A stretch of DNA of 64,000 nucleotides from Cyanobacteriota bacterium. Its GTDB lineage: Bacteria > Cyanobacteriota > Cyanobacteriia > Thermostichales > Thermostichaceae. The notes beneath the pieces are model-generated. The model saw nothing but the letters and a program-made list of their open reading frames with translations. It ran no database searches and was not told the origin of the DNA. Each line of letters starts with the position of its first letter. Positions within the stretch are counted from its first letter, which is position 1. Location: NCBI GenBank assembly GCA_033764955.1, contig JANRIL010000001.1:1-64000 (forward strand), read 5' to 3'. Below are positions 27,497 through 35,947 of this stretch, piece by piece. The translations under genes and the position numbers were made by a program.

Positions 27497-28456
27497 ATGA
27501 ATTTGCTCTTATCGAGTGAATTTGCTCCTATGCTGGAAGGGCTCTTACCTAAAGATGTTGAGGTTGTCTGGCTGGATCCGTTGGGCAATTGGGAGGGCGA
27601 GATTCATGATGCAGAAGTGTATCTCAATGCAGGTTTGCTTAAGTCTACGATTCTAGAAAAAGTGCTCCAAGCAGCCCCTGCATTACGCTGGCAACATACC
27701 CTCAGTGCTGGGGTAAACCATCTTCTGAATCCGAGCCATTTAAGCAGAAATATTATTCTCACGAATGGTGCCGGGATCCATGCGATTCCAGTCGCCGAGT
27801 TTACGCTAGGGTTAATGCTGGATCATGTCAAACGGTTACATAATCTCCACCAATTACAAACTGATCACGAATGGGATAATTCTTGGAGGAATGGCAATTT
27901 CTTACGAGAATTATCAGGCGCAACAGTATTAATCATAGGAGCCGGAAGTATTGGGCAAGCGATAGGGCACAGAGCTAACGCTTTTGGCATGAGGGTGTGG
28001 GGAAGTCGTAAGCATCCAGAGCCTTTACCTAGCTTTGAGAAAGTGGTTGGGTCTTCAGAATGGTACACTCTGTTACCCGAAGCTGATTTTGTCGTATTGG
28101 CGCTGCCGTTAACCCCGGAGACAAAAGAGATTATTAATGCCGATGTTTTCAAAGCCATGAATCCTACTGCTTATTTTATTAATATTGCGCGAGGGGCATT
28201 GGTTGAAGAACCTGCTTTGATTATGGCTTTAACGGAAGGGTGGATCGCTGGGGCAGGTCTAGATACTTTTGCCGTAGAACCTCTACCACCAGAAAGCCCT
28301 CTATGGTCTTTACCCAATGCGTTTATTACCCCTCATATCTCTTGGAGTTCTCCAAATACCCGCCAGCGCACGGCTGAATTGTTTTTAGATAACCTGCATC
28401 GCTTCCGCCACGGACTTCCTTTGCGAAATGTAGTAGATCGGCAGGTGGGCTACTAA
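27497..28456 (+). CDS. D-2-hydroxyacid dehydrogenase, paralog
   Basis: GAGSIG, INIARG, GAGLD, ITPH. Confidence 0.9.
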   Translation: MNLLLSSEFAPMLEGLLPKDVEVVWLDPLGNWEGEIHDAEVYLNAGLLKSTILEKVLQAAPALRWQHTLSAGVNHLLNPSHLSRNIILTNGAGIHAIPVAEFTLGLMLDHVKRLHNLHQLQTDHEWDNSWRNGNFLRELSGATVLIIGAGSIGQAIGHRANAFGMRVWGSRKHPEPLPSFEKVVGSSEWYTLLPEADFVVLALPLTPETKEIINADVFKAMNPTAYFINIARGALVEEPALIMALTEGWIAGAGLDTFAVEPLPPESPLWSLPNAFITPHISWSSPNTRQRTAELFLDNLHRFRHGLPLRNVVDRQVGY

Positions 28457-28557
28457 TGGGTAAATCGATAGAGTTTTGGCCCGATCTACACCTGCTGTAT
28501 AACTCAGCAACCGCATCTAACTGAGTTACCTATCCTCCACCCCATGGCATTTTTAGA

Positions 28558-29871
28558 ATGAAGAATTGGCACTGGAACGCTAAGCCTCAGATCAGTCAGA
28601 GCATCTACCACCATTTACCGGCCTTTCGATGGCGTAACTTCCGTCTCTTGTTTTTGGGACAACTGCTGTCAATGTCAGGAACCTTTATGACTCAACAGCT
28701 AGCCATCCCTTGGTTGATCTATGATTTAACCCAATCAGCTTGGTTACTGGGATTAGCAGGCTTTTTACAGTTTTTACCTACTTTGTTACTGATCCCGGTT
28801 TCAGGGGTTTTATCAGACCGTTGGCAGCAGCGAGATTTATTAATGCTGGTTCAAATCCTGGGAATTAGCATCTCGATCACTCTGACTATTCTCACTTTTT
28901 TAGATCTAATTACTTTTGAGGCTCTCTTGATTTTAAGTGTATTAAACGGCTTACTCAAAGGATTAGATATGCCTGTTCGCCACACCATTGTGACTCACAC
29001 AGTCGATGATCGTGTGGATTGGGCTAATGCCATTGCCCTCAATTCAGTCATGCTAAGTTTATCATTGGTTTTGGGGCCTGCCCTAGGTGGAATCTTAATG
29101 AGTACACTGGGGGTCAAATACTGCTTCCTCTACGATAGTCTCAGCTATCTTGCAGCGATTTTGACCCTCCAAGCTATGCATATTCACCCCATGCATCAAC
29201 AGGCTATTTCTGAAAATGCTGATGGTTGGCAGAGGTTTTGTGAGGGATTCAGTTACATCAAGGAGGTACGGCCAATTCGGATTCTTTTGCTGATTATCGC
29301 TATCAAGAGTGTGGTAGGAAGTGCCTGTATAGCTTTATTACCAGTCTTTGCGGCTGACGTTTTGCGAGGAAACGCTTCGACCCTAGCTATGATCAGTGCA
29401 GCAGGGCCAGTCGGGGCTCTCTTGGCCTGTTTATATCTGAGCATCAGGCAAAGCATTCTCGGATTGGAACGATTGATTTTAGTTTCTCAAGCGCTCATTG
29501 GTGTTGGATTTTTTGCTGTTGCCTACTCAAGAGAAAGTATATTCTCATTTCTCTCTCTAATCGTTGTGGGTGGGTTCAGCTTACTCCATCTAACCAGTAG
29601 CAACACCATCATCCAAAGCTTGGTTGCCGATGATAAACGGGGGAGAGTGATGAGCTTTTATGCTTTGGCATTGGTAGGCATGATGCCCTTTGGCAATTTA
29701 CTGGCGGGTGGTTTAGCACAGCATATGGGCGCACCCAGTGCACTGATAGTTTGTGGTTGCATTTGTTGGCTGGGATCAGCTTGGTTTTTCTTCCAATTAC
29801 CGCAACTTACCCTTTGGATCCGGAAACACTTACAGACGGATGCATCCGATAAGCAGGAAGAATTTGTATAA
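28558..29871 (+). CDS. MFS transporter
   Basis: RNFRLLFLGQLLS..G, GVLSDR, RGRVMSFY; about 12 TM segments. Confidence 0.88.
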   Translation: MKNWHWNAKPQISQSIYHHLPAFRWRNFRLLFLGQLLSMSGTFMTQQLAIPWLIYDLTQSAWLLGLAGFLQFLPTLLLIPVSGVLSDRWQQRDLLMLVQILGISISITLTILTFLDLITFEALLILSVLNGLLKGLDMPVRHTIVTHTVDDRVDWANAIALNSVMLSLSLVLGPALGGILMSTLGVKYCFLYDSLSYLAAILTLQAMHIHPMHQQAISENADGWQRFCEGFSYIKEVRPIRILLLIIAIKSVVGSACIALLPVFAADVLRGNASTLAMISAAGPVGALLACLYLSIRQSILGLERLILVSQALIGVGFFAVAYSRESIFSFLSLIVVGGFSLLHLTSSNTIIQSLVADDKRGRVMSFYALALVGMMPFGNLLAGGLAQHMGAPSALIVCGCICWLGSAWFFFQLPQLTLWIRKHLQTDASDKQEEFV

Positions 29872-30025
29872 GTTTAATAATCCTGATGATCTAAAAATTC
29901 GTTATTTACTGCTCAATTGCTTGTTCTAACTCATTTATTTAACTAAAGCGAGAAACCAATCCTTATCATTTTCTGCCACATTATTCCGATGCTCACCAAC
30001 CGGAAACTTCAACAGCATAACCACC

Positions 30026-30769
30026 TCAATGCGCCCGAAACGACCAGAGTACCCGCCCAATCACGCCAAAGTCCTCCGGCGGATCCTTCAAATCAATCGT
30101 GAATGGCTTGTAAGTGGGATTATCACTGGTCACCTCCAACTGTCGCCCTGGATAAACTGCCACCCGCTTCACGAGCAGAGTCCCATCCAAACGCAATACA
30201 CAGATCCCCTCACGCGGATCCGTGGCCTTCGTATCCACCAGAATGATGTCCCCAGATCTTAGGGTGGGTTCCATGCTTTCCCCTCGCACATGAATCAAAC
30301 TCAACCCCTGCGGACTGGTCATAAACCGCTGCCGGATCCAAGACTCTCGAAAGGCAATCACATCCTCTCCGACCGCCTCATCCACAAACGTTCCGCACCC
30401 TGCCCCCGCCGCAATATCCAGCAACGGCAACGACACCCAGGTATCTTTGACGGTCACAGGTTGAGACTTCTCTGCTTCTTCCACCCGTTTTGCCAACTCA
30501 GGACTCAGCAACATCGCCCCTTGTCCGGTGAGCAACCAATCCACACTGGCTCCCGTATGCTCGGCAATGATCCGCAACCTGTCCGCTCCAGGCTTGGATC
30601 CCATCAGATATTTGCGAATCGTGCTCTCGGGGATCCCTAAGCGACCAGCAAAATGATTGATCGATTCGTGTCCAATCACCAGACGCAAGCGTCGCGCAAT
30701 CGTATCCGCCGCTTGCGCCTCTTCAAACGAGGGGGGAGAGACATCATTTACCCAAGGCCGACGAGACAT
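30026..30769 (-). CDS. CI-like repressor (HTH + S24 peptidase)
   Basis: N-terminal HTH, AGAG cleavage site, VRGESMEPTL and LLVKR Ser-Lys dyad. Confidence 0.9.
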   Translation of the reverse strand: MSRRPWVNDVSPPSFEEAQAADTIARRLRLVIGHESINHFAGRLGIPESTIRKYLMGSKPGADRLRIIAEHTGASVDWLLTGQGAMLLSPELAKRVEEAEKSQPVTVKDTWVSLPLLDIAAGAGCGTFVDEAVGEDVIAFRESWIRQRFMTSPQGLSLIHVRGESMEPTLRSGDIILVDTKATDPREGICVLRLDGTLLVKRVAVYPGRQLEVTSDNPTYKPFTIDLKDPPEDFGVIGRVLWSFRAH

Positions 30770-30812
30770 AGAGATCCCCTACCCAATCTGGATACGGATA
30801 TTCTAAGATGGA

Positions 30813-30875
30813 ACGCAGTTATTCGCACTCTAGCAAAACTATCGTAGCAATCTTACTAGTAAGACGCAACTATTC
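30813..30875. promoter_or_regulatory. candidate operators of the divergent switch
   Basis: ACGCAGTTATTC (30813) and ACGCAACTATTC (30864) direct repeats; perfect palindrome TCTTACTAGTAAGA (30851-30864). Confidence 0.5.
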
Positions 30876-30936
30876 TTGCTCAATGTTAAGCCATGACTTT
30901 ACTCAATGAGGAATAGGCCAGATATGGAAGAAGGAT

Positions 30937-31161
30937 ATGCACCGCGAAGAAATCAAGGCTCAACTCCGGTTGAAAGGATCCTCATTAGCAGGTGTGTCAA
31001 GGGAATTAGGGGTGACCAAGCAGACGGTGAACGCTGTGCTAGCTGGCAAAGGCAGATCCAAGCGGATCGAGACGGCCATTGCTCAGAAGCTGGGATTGAG
31101 TGTGGAAGAAGTCTGGCCGGACAGGTATCCCGCTGCCGTAGAGCAGTTCGTACTTTTTTAA
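30937..31161 (+). CDS. Ner/Nlp-like HTH regulator
   Basis: MHREEIKAQLRLKGSSLA...IAQKLG...EVWPDRY matches the Mu Ner/SfsB pattern. Confidence 0.85.
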   Translation: MHREEIKAQLRLKGSSLAGVSRELGVTKQTVNAVLAGKGRSKRIETAIAQKLGLSVEEVWPDRYPAAVEQFVLF

Positions 31162-31167
31162 GTCGAG

Positions 31168-34116
31168 ATGGATCTTATGTTTGACATTCGAGAGCACATC
31201 GAGTTTGACCGCAATGGGCGGGCGTTCTGTCCCAGTTGCGAGATCAAAAAGGGTCGCAGACCGAGGCAAAAATCTCTGGCGATTGTCCCTGGATCCAATG
31301 GAGCCTACCTCTGTCATGCGGGGTGTTCCGTTGAAGAGATCCGCGAGGCTATGGGGCAACCCAAGCGGGATCCCTCTATCCGTCACATTGCTTCTGCTCC
31401 CAAGGTTAGAGAGAGTCCACTTCCTCAGCCGGATTTAGACAAGCTCTACAACCCCATACAAGTGGGGAAATTTGTAGGAATGTTGCTCAACGGACAGGCT
31501 CCTGATGCTGTGATGGCACGGGAATGGCTTCGGGCAAGAGGCATCACCAGTGAGATGATCCTGCACTACCAACTGGGGTTGATGACTTATCCCAAAGGGA
31601 TTGGGATCCCCATTCCGCTGGATGAGCAGGGGGAGAAGTTTTCCATCAAGACCCGTAAGTTTCCGCTGAGCAAAGACAACCAGGATCCGTGGAGCCAGAA
31701 AGGGATCCCTGCCAGCGTTTTCTTTGGTTATTGCCCAGAGAGTGCCACCCAAACTTGGCTGTGTGAAGGGGAGTGGGATGCCATGCTCTTGGGCTGGATA
31801 GTCAGAGAATCAGGGATCCAAAACATTGCTGTTGCCAGCTTCACCTGTGGGTGTAAGTCTGTTGCGGTGGGATCCCAACTGGACAGATTACCTGGAGAGG
31901 TGATCCTGTTCTATGACCTTGACCTGCCAGGGCGAGAGGGATCTGTGAAGGTGGGATCTGCTTTGGCGAAACGAGGTCAGGTGGTGAGGATTGCTCAGGT
32001 GCCTGCACCCAAGGATCCGCCCAAGGGTTGGGATATCTCCGATGCCCTCAATCATGGATTGACCCTTGCTGATATCCAGAAAAGCGCTGATGAAGCCGTG
32101 ATATTCAAGCTGGAGGAACAGCCCCCACAATTAGGGATCCAGGATGCTGTGATCCGCTTGGTGGCTCAACCTTTAAGCAGTATTGAGCGCCAGGTGAAGG
32201 TGTTGGATCTGGCGATGGCCTATGGCAAGCAACCCCGTGATATTGAGAAACTGCTTCAGGCTTGTGAACTGGATCTAGACCGTGCCTCAGAGTTTGAGTC
32301 AGCGCTGGATGTCTTGCCTCAACTGCAAAAGTTGGAAAACCAGCGGCTGAACTTGCATCGGATCCTGCCCCCAGCATTGGCAGATGCCCTAACCTTGACG
32401 GCTGCCGCCATGCCCACTACCTCTGAAGCATTGCTGACCACGTTGATTCCGGTACTGGGATCCCGTATTGGCACTTCCTCTCGCATCGTGATCAAGGCAT
32501 CCAGTAATTACGTGCAACCCGCCATCTATCGGACGGCGATTGTCGCCAACACCGGAGACAGAAAGACACCTACCCAGATGGCGATCCTCTCTCCTTTATA
32601 TGACCTGGAACGGGAAGCTGCTCAGAAATTCGAGTCTGCGATGGAGGTTTACCAAGAGGAGATGAGAACCCACCAAGAAGGAGAACCGTTTCCAACAAAA
32701 CCTGTCCGCAAACGCTACATCATCAATCAGGGATCCTATGAGGGCAAGATTCGGGTTCACTCGGAGAACCGCCGGGGACTACTCGACTACACCGATGAGT
32801 TGGCTGGGCGCTTTGCCCGTATGAATCAGTATCGGCATGGGTATGGGGATGATGCCTTCAATGATCTGAGTGAGTTTAATGGTGGGCCACTGAGTCGGGA
32901 CAAAGTTGGGGGGAGTGATTATTTGCCTCGGACTGCCATCAGTTCCACCGGATCCATTCAGTGGGAGACTTTGCGCCAACTTCAGGAACAGGCGGGATCC
33001 GATGATCATGCCGGAGTCTGGGCGAGGTGGTTGTTTTGTGCGGTGCCATTGCCGCCTGCACTGATCAACCTGGATGACTCCCAACCGGATCCGCTCTCTC
33101 CACTTCTCAAGTCCCTCTACATTCAGTTAGACGAACTCCCCGACCAAGACTTTTTCCTCAGTGATGCTGCTAAACAACGATTCCAAACTTGGCAACATTC
33201 CCTTGTCCATCGCACTCAGGCAGAGATTCATCCGGCTCTGAAAGCGGCCTATCCCAAACTCGAAAGCTATGGGGCACGATTGGCTCTGCTCTTGCATTGT
33301 GTCTGGGCAGTTGTAGAGGCCAAGAAACCGGATCCGGTCATCTCCGGCGAAACGATGCAACGGGCTATCGAACTCACCAACTGGTTTGCGGGGCAGATGC
33401 GCCTGGTGCTGGCTCACAATAGTCCCCTCAAACAGACGGAAGGGGAGCTACTCAAGATCCTGAATGTGCTCAAGCGTAGAGGATCTGTGACAGCTCGTGA
33501 GATCCGCAACTATTGCTGGACGCTCCGAACTAAACCCTTGCCGGAGATCCGGCAGATGATGGTACGCCTTGCCCACTCTGGGTTTGCCACTCTCACCGGA
33601 GAGGGAGAACGGATCCGGCTGTGTGTAGAGAGTGTAGCGGCTGTAGTAGAGGAGCCTCTACATGCTGAAACGCTTTCCCAGTCAGAAATACAGCAATTCG
33701 TAGCGACTGTAGAGGGAGAAGGGGGGGTAGAGAAAAATGGGAACTATTCTGTTCTGGATCCACCTGATTTCTCTACGCAAGGGGGGGATCCCCTCTACAC
33801 CCCTACAGCAATGTCTGAAATCCAGATAGAGCAAGAGGTTGAGCCAGTAGAGACTGACCTCTCCACTCCACTACATCCCTCTACAAGTTTGTGCTGCTCA
33901 CCGCCTCAGCGGTTACCGCTCCTGCAAGTAGGAGACATTTGCCGTTATGTCGGATCACATGGCGTTCTGGGGGTGACTTGCCGGGGAAGGGATCTCAAGG
34001 TGCTTGAGGTGAAAGGATCCGTGGCGACGGTCAACGCTCTCAAGGATTTCTTTCACCACCATGAGTGGATCCATCCCTATGACATTGAGATCCAATATCT
34101 GAGAAAGAGATCTTGA
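31168..34116 (+). CDS. primase-helicase fusion (Zn finger + TOPRIM + DUF3987-type P-loop + winged helix)
   Basis: CPSC..CHAGC, LCEGEWDA, YDLDLPG, KGWDISD, ANTGDRKT, YTDE, G..ARWLF. Confidence 0.85.
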   Translation: MDLMFDIREHIEFDRNGRAFCPSCEIKKGRRPRQKSLAIVPGSNGAYLCHAGCSVEEIREAMGQPKRDPSIRHIASAPKVRESPLPQPDLDKLYNPIQVGKFVGMLLNGQAPDAVMAREWLRARGITSEMILHYQLGLMTYPKGIGIPIPLDEQGEKFSIKTRKFPLSKDNQDPWSQKGIPASVFFGYCPESATQTWLCEGEWDAMLLGWIVRESGIQNIAVASFTCGCKSVAVGSQLDRLPGEVILFYDLDLPGREGSVKVGSALAKRGQVVRIAQVPAPKDPPKGWDISDALNHGLTLADIQKSADEAVIFKLEEQPPQLGIQDAVIRLVAQPLSSIERQVKVLDLAMAYGKQPRDIEKLLQACELDLDRASEFESALDVLPQLQKLENQRLNLHRILPPALADALTLTAAAMPTTSEALLTTLIPVLGSRIGTSSRIVIKASSNYVQPAIYRTAIVANTGDRKTPTQMAILSPLYDLEREAAQKFESAMEVYQEEMRTHQEGEPFPTKPVRKRYIINQGSYEGKIRVHSENRRGLLDYTDELAGRFARMNQYRHGYGDDAFNDLSEFNGGPLSRDKVGGSDYLPRTAISSTGSIQWETLRQLQEQAGSDDHAGVWARWLFCAVPLPPALINLDDSQPDPLSPLLKSLYIQLDELPDQDFFLSDAAKQRFQTWQHSLVHRTQAEIHPALKAAYPKLESYGARLALLLHCVWAVVEAKKPDPVISGETMQRAIELTNWFAGQMRLVLAHNSPLKQTEGELLKILNVLKRRGSVTAREIRNYCWTLRTKPLPEIRQMMVRLAHSGFATLTGEGERIRLCVESVAAVVEEPLHAETLSQSEIQQFVATVEGEGGVEKNGNYSVLDPPDFSTQGGDPLYTPTAMSEIQIEQEVEPVETDLSTPLHPSTSLCCSPPQRLPLLQVGDICRYVGSHGVLGVTCRGRDLKVLEVKGSVATVNALKDFFHHHEWIHPYDIEIQYLRKRS
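33624..33885. repeat. ~260-bp imperfect inverted repeat of GTAGAG/CTCTAC iterons inside primase-helicase CDS (candidate ori)
   Basis: GTAGAG at 33625, 33646, 33709, 33727, 33847; CTCTAC at 33656, 33771, 33793, 33879; the two arms mirror each other. Confidence 0.7.
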
Positions 34117-34121
34117 GATCC

Positions 34122-34472
34122 ATGAGTTCTTCACCAAGAGATAAAATTATGGTTGATAAAACTCTCAGAGAACAAAGTCAGCAATATGTCAAATTTGCTC
34201 TGCCAGAATTAGTTCTGAAAGAGTTGTTTGTTGAGCCTCTGATTATTCAAGAAAGGCTAGGTTTGTCAATCAGAACCTTACAGATCTTGAGAAGGGAAGG
34301 CTCCCTAATTCAAGGGATCCATTTTTCCGAAATCAACACTAGATTAATTGTCTATAATCTACCCTTAATGATCGATTGGGTTGCTAACCGTCATGATCCA
34401 GACGCTCACATCAAAGCTATCGAAAACTTTCAGGCTAGCTTACTGAGTAATCGAAGCAGAAGACGTGGCTAA
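34122..34472 (+). CDS. excisionase-like small DNA-binding protein
   Basis: RLGLSIRTLQILRREGSLIQGIHF..IN...IVYN..MIDW; convergent with integrase. Confidence 0.7.
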   Translation: MSSSPRDKIMVDKTLREQSQQYVKFALPELVLKELFVEPLIIQERLGLSIRTLQILRREGSLIQGIHFSEINTRLIVYNLPLMIDWVANRHDPDAHIKAIENFQASLLSNRSRRRG

Positions 34473-35674
34473 TGTGATGCAGTAGGAACCATTACAGGCA
34501 CTTCAACTTGATTGATAATCCCTAAATAATGCTGAGAAATGATCCATTCTGAGTTCCCTACCCACTTAGCAACGTGTTTAGTCGGGATCCCAGCTTCAAT
34601 ACACTGGGTGATAAAAGTATGGCGCGTCTGATAGGGTTTCCGATACTCAATACCACACTGGGAAAGGATTTTCTTCCAAGCTCCAAAACAAAAGTGATAC
34701 CAATTAATATACTGACCCCCTCTGGGAGCGGGAAAAATCAAATCTGTTGGACTGGCATTCTCTGGTTTGATGGATTTTAATAAAGCCTGCAAATTCAAGT
34801 TGCAGGGAAAGCGGCGCTTCTCTTGTGTTTTTAGGCCATCTTTCATTACAGGACGATAGGATCCATCCATTACTACTGCCTGCTCAAATAAAATCTCGTT
34901 CCCTAACCAGTGTCGCCACTCCAATGCAATTGCTTCACCTGGTCGGCATCCTGTAGCAAAAAGTAGTTGGACTAAAGGTGTATAAACTTTGTAATAGGTT
35001 GATTTAGAAAATGCTCGAATAATCTTAGATTGCTCCTGGGGAGTGAATGGCCTAATATCCATTTCATCATCTTCGGTTCTTTTCTTCGTCTTAATTTTGA
35101 TTTCAGAAGCCATTCCCTGGAATGGATTGGACTCAATGAGTCGTGCTTTAACAGCCCACTTGCAGCAGGCTGACAATTGAACCATGATCCGCTTAGCACC
35201 ATAAGCCGTCAAATGACCTGTGAGGTAAAGGTGAATGAGTTCAGCATCCTCAAGCTTTTGAGTGGGGAATTTAGCTATATGACGCCGAACATGGTTATGG
35301 ACGGTTCTCACAGTGCCAGGGGTAACATTGGGGAGTCGATAGACAGTGTAACGATCCCAGAGGTCTCCAATCAAAGACTGGGATGGTGTGGACGAATCCT
35401 TCAACGGATCCTTGGACTGACTCAGTTTACCTGTCGTTGCTGACTGGGGTTTGTACTTCGCTAAGGTGGGATCCACTTCCCCGTAAGCAATGTCTCGCTC
35501 AATCTGGGCTGCCCGCATTTCAGCCGCCTTGCGGTTAGCTTTACTATCCGGCAGCCCTAACGAAAGATAGTACCGTCGCCCCAAGTAGCTAAAGACCAAC
35601 TGAAGGCGCTGGTTACTCACCTTAATTTGGACGGATCCAGCACTGGCCTTCCGAGGCTGATTGGCTGACTGCAT
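34469..35674 (-). CDS. tyrosine recombinase/integrase with arm-binding (DUF3596-type) domain
   Basis: RYYLSLGLPDS arm domain; TGCRPGE, LKT, YQTRHTF, VGNS...HY. Confidence 0.93.
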   Translation of the reverse strand: MQSANQPRKASAGSVQIKVSNQRLQLVFSYLGRRYYLSLGLPDSKANRKAAEMRAAQIERDIAYGEVDPTLAKYKPQSATTGKLSQSKDPLKDSSTPSQSLIGDLWDRYTVYRLPNVTPGTVRTVHNHVRRHIAKFPTQKLEDAELIHLYLTGHLTAYGAKRIMVQLSACCKWAVKARLIESNPFQGMASEIKIKTKKRTEDDEMDIRPFTPQEQSKIIRAFSKSTYYKVYTPLVQLLFATGCRPGEAIALEWRHWLGNEILFEQAVVMDGSYRPVMKDGLKTQEKRRFPCNLNLQALLKSIKPENASPTDLIFPAPRGGQYINWYHFCFGAWKKILSQCGIEYRKPYQTRHTFITQCIEAGIPTKHVAKWVGNSEWIISQHYLGIINQVEVPVMVPTASH

Positions 35675-35682
35675 AAGAATAA

Positions 35683-35716
35683 GGGGTAAGACTGCTTACC
35701 CCAATCTTACCCCAAT
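35683..35716. repeat. candidate integrase arm-type sites
   Basis: Tandem CTTACCCCAAT x2 (35695-35716) plus inverted GGGGTAAG (35683-35690). Confidence 0.6.
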
Positions 35717-35810
35717 TAATGGCCTGAAGTCGTTGGAACTAGGCAGAACTCGTCGGGTAGGGATCCCTCAACATCTTGCCAGAAGGCTTGTCCAGAGCCA
35801 GTTTTGTTGA

Positions 35811-35883
35811 TGGGGCGTACAGGACTTGAACCTGTGTAGGGCAAATTATGAGTTTGCTGCCTGAACCGCTCGGCCAACGCCCC
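35811..35883 (-). tRNA. tRNA with CAT anticodon, most likely tRNA-Ile2 (lysidine)
   Basis: GGGGCGTTGGCCGAGCGGTTCAGGCAGCAAACTCATAATTTGCCCTACACAGGTTCAAGTCCTGTACGCCCCA cloverleaf; body resembles cyanobacterial/plastid trnI-CAU. Confidence 0.9.
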
Positions 35884-35947
35884 CTAAGAGTAGAAAATGG
35901 AAAACTTAGGCTATTCTAGCCTGCGGGATCCCTTCTCAAAAAGTTAG

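Larger units (their letters stand above)
30026..35810. mobile_element. capsid-less phage-like integrative element core at tRNA-Ile2 (left boundary unknown)
   Basis: CI-like/Ner-like divergent switch, primase-helicase, Xis-like, integrase adjacent to tRNA 3' end. Confidence 0.8.

Noticed and set aside
29872..30025. Second att site bounding the element
   Set aside because: No copy of the tRNA 3' end or arm repeat visible
35811..35883. tRNA-Met
   Set aside because: Lacks initiator features and the body resembles trnI-CAU; elongator Met cannot be fully excluded
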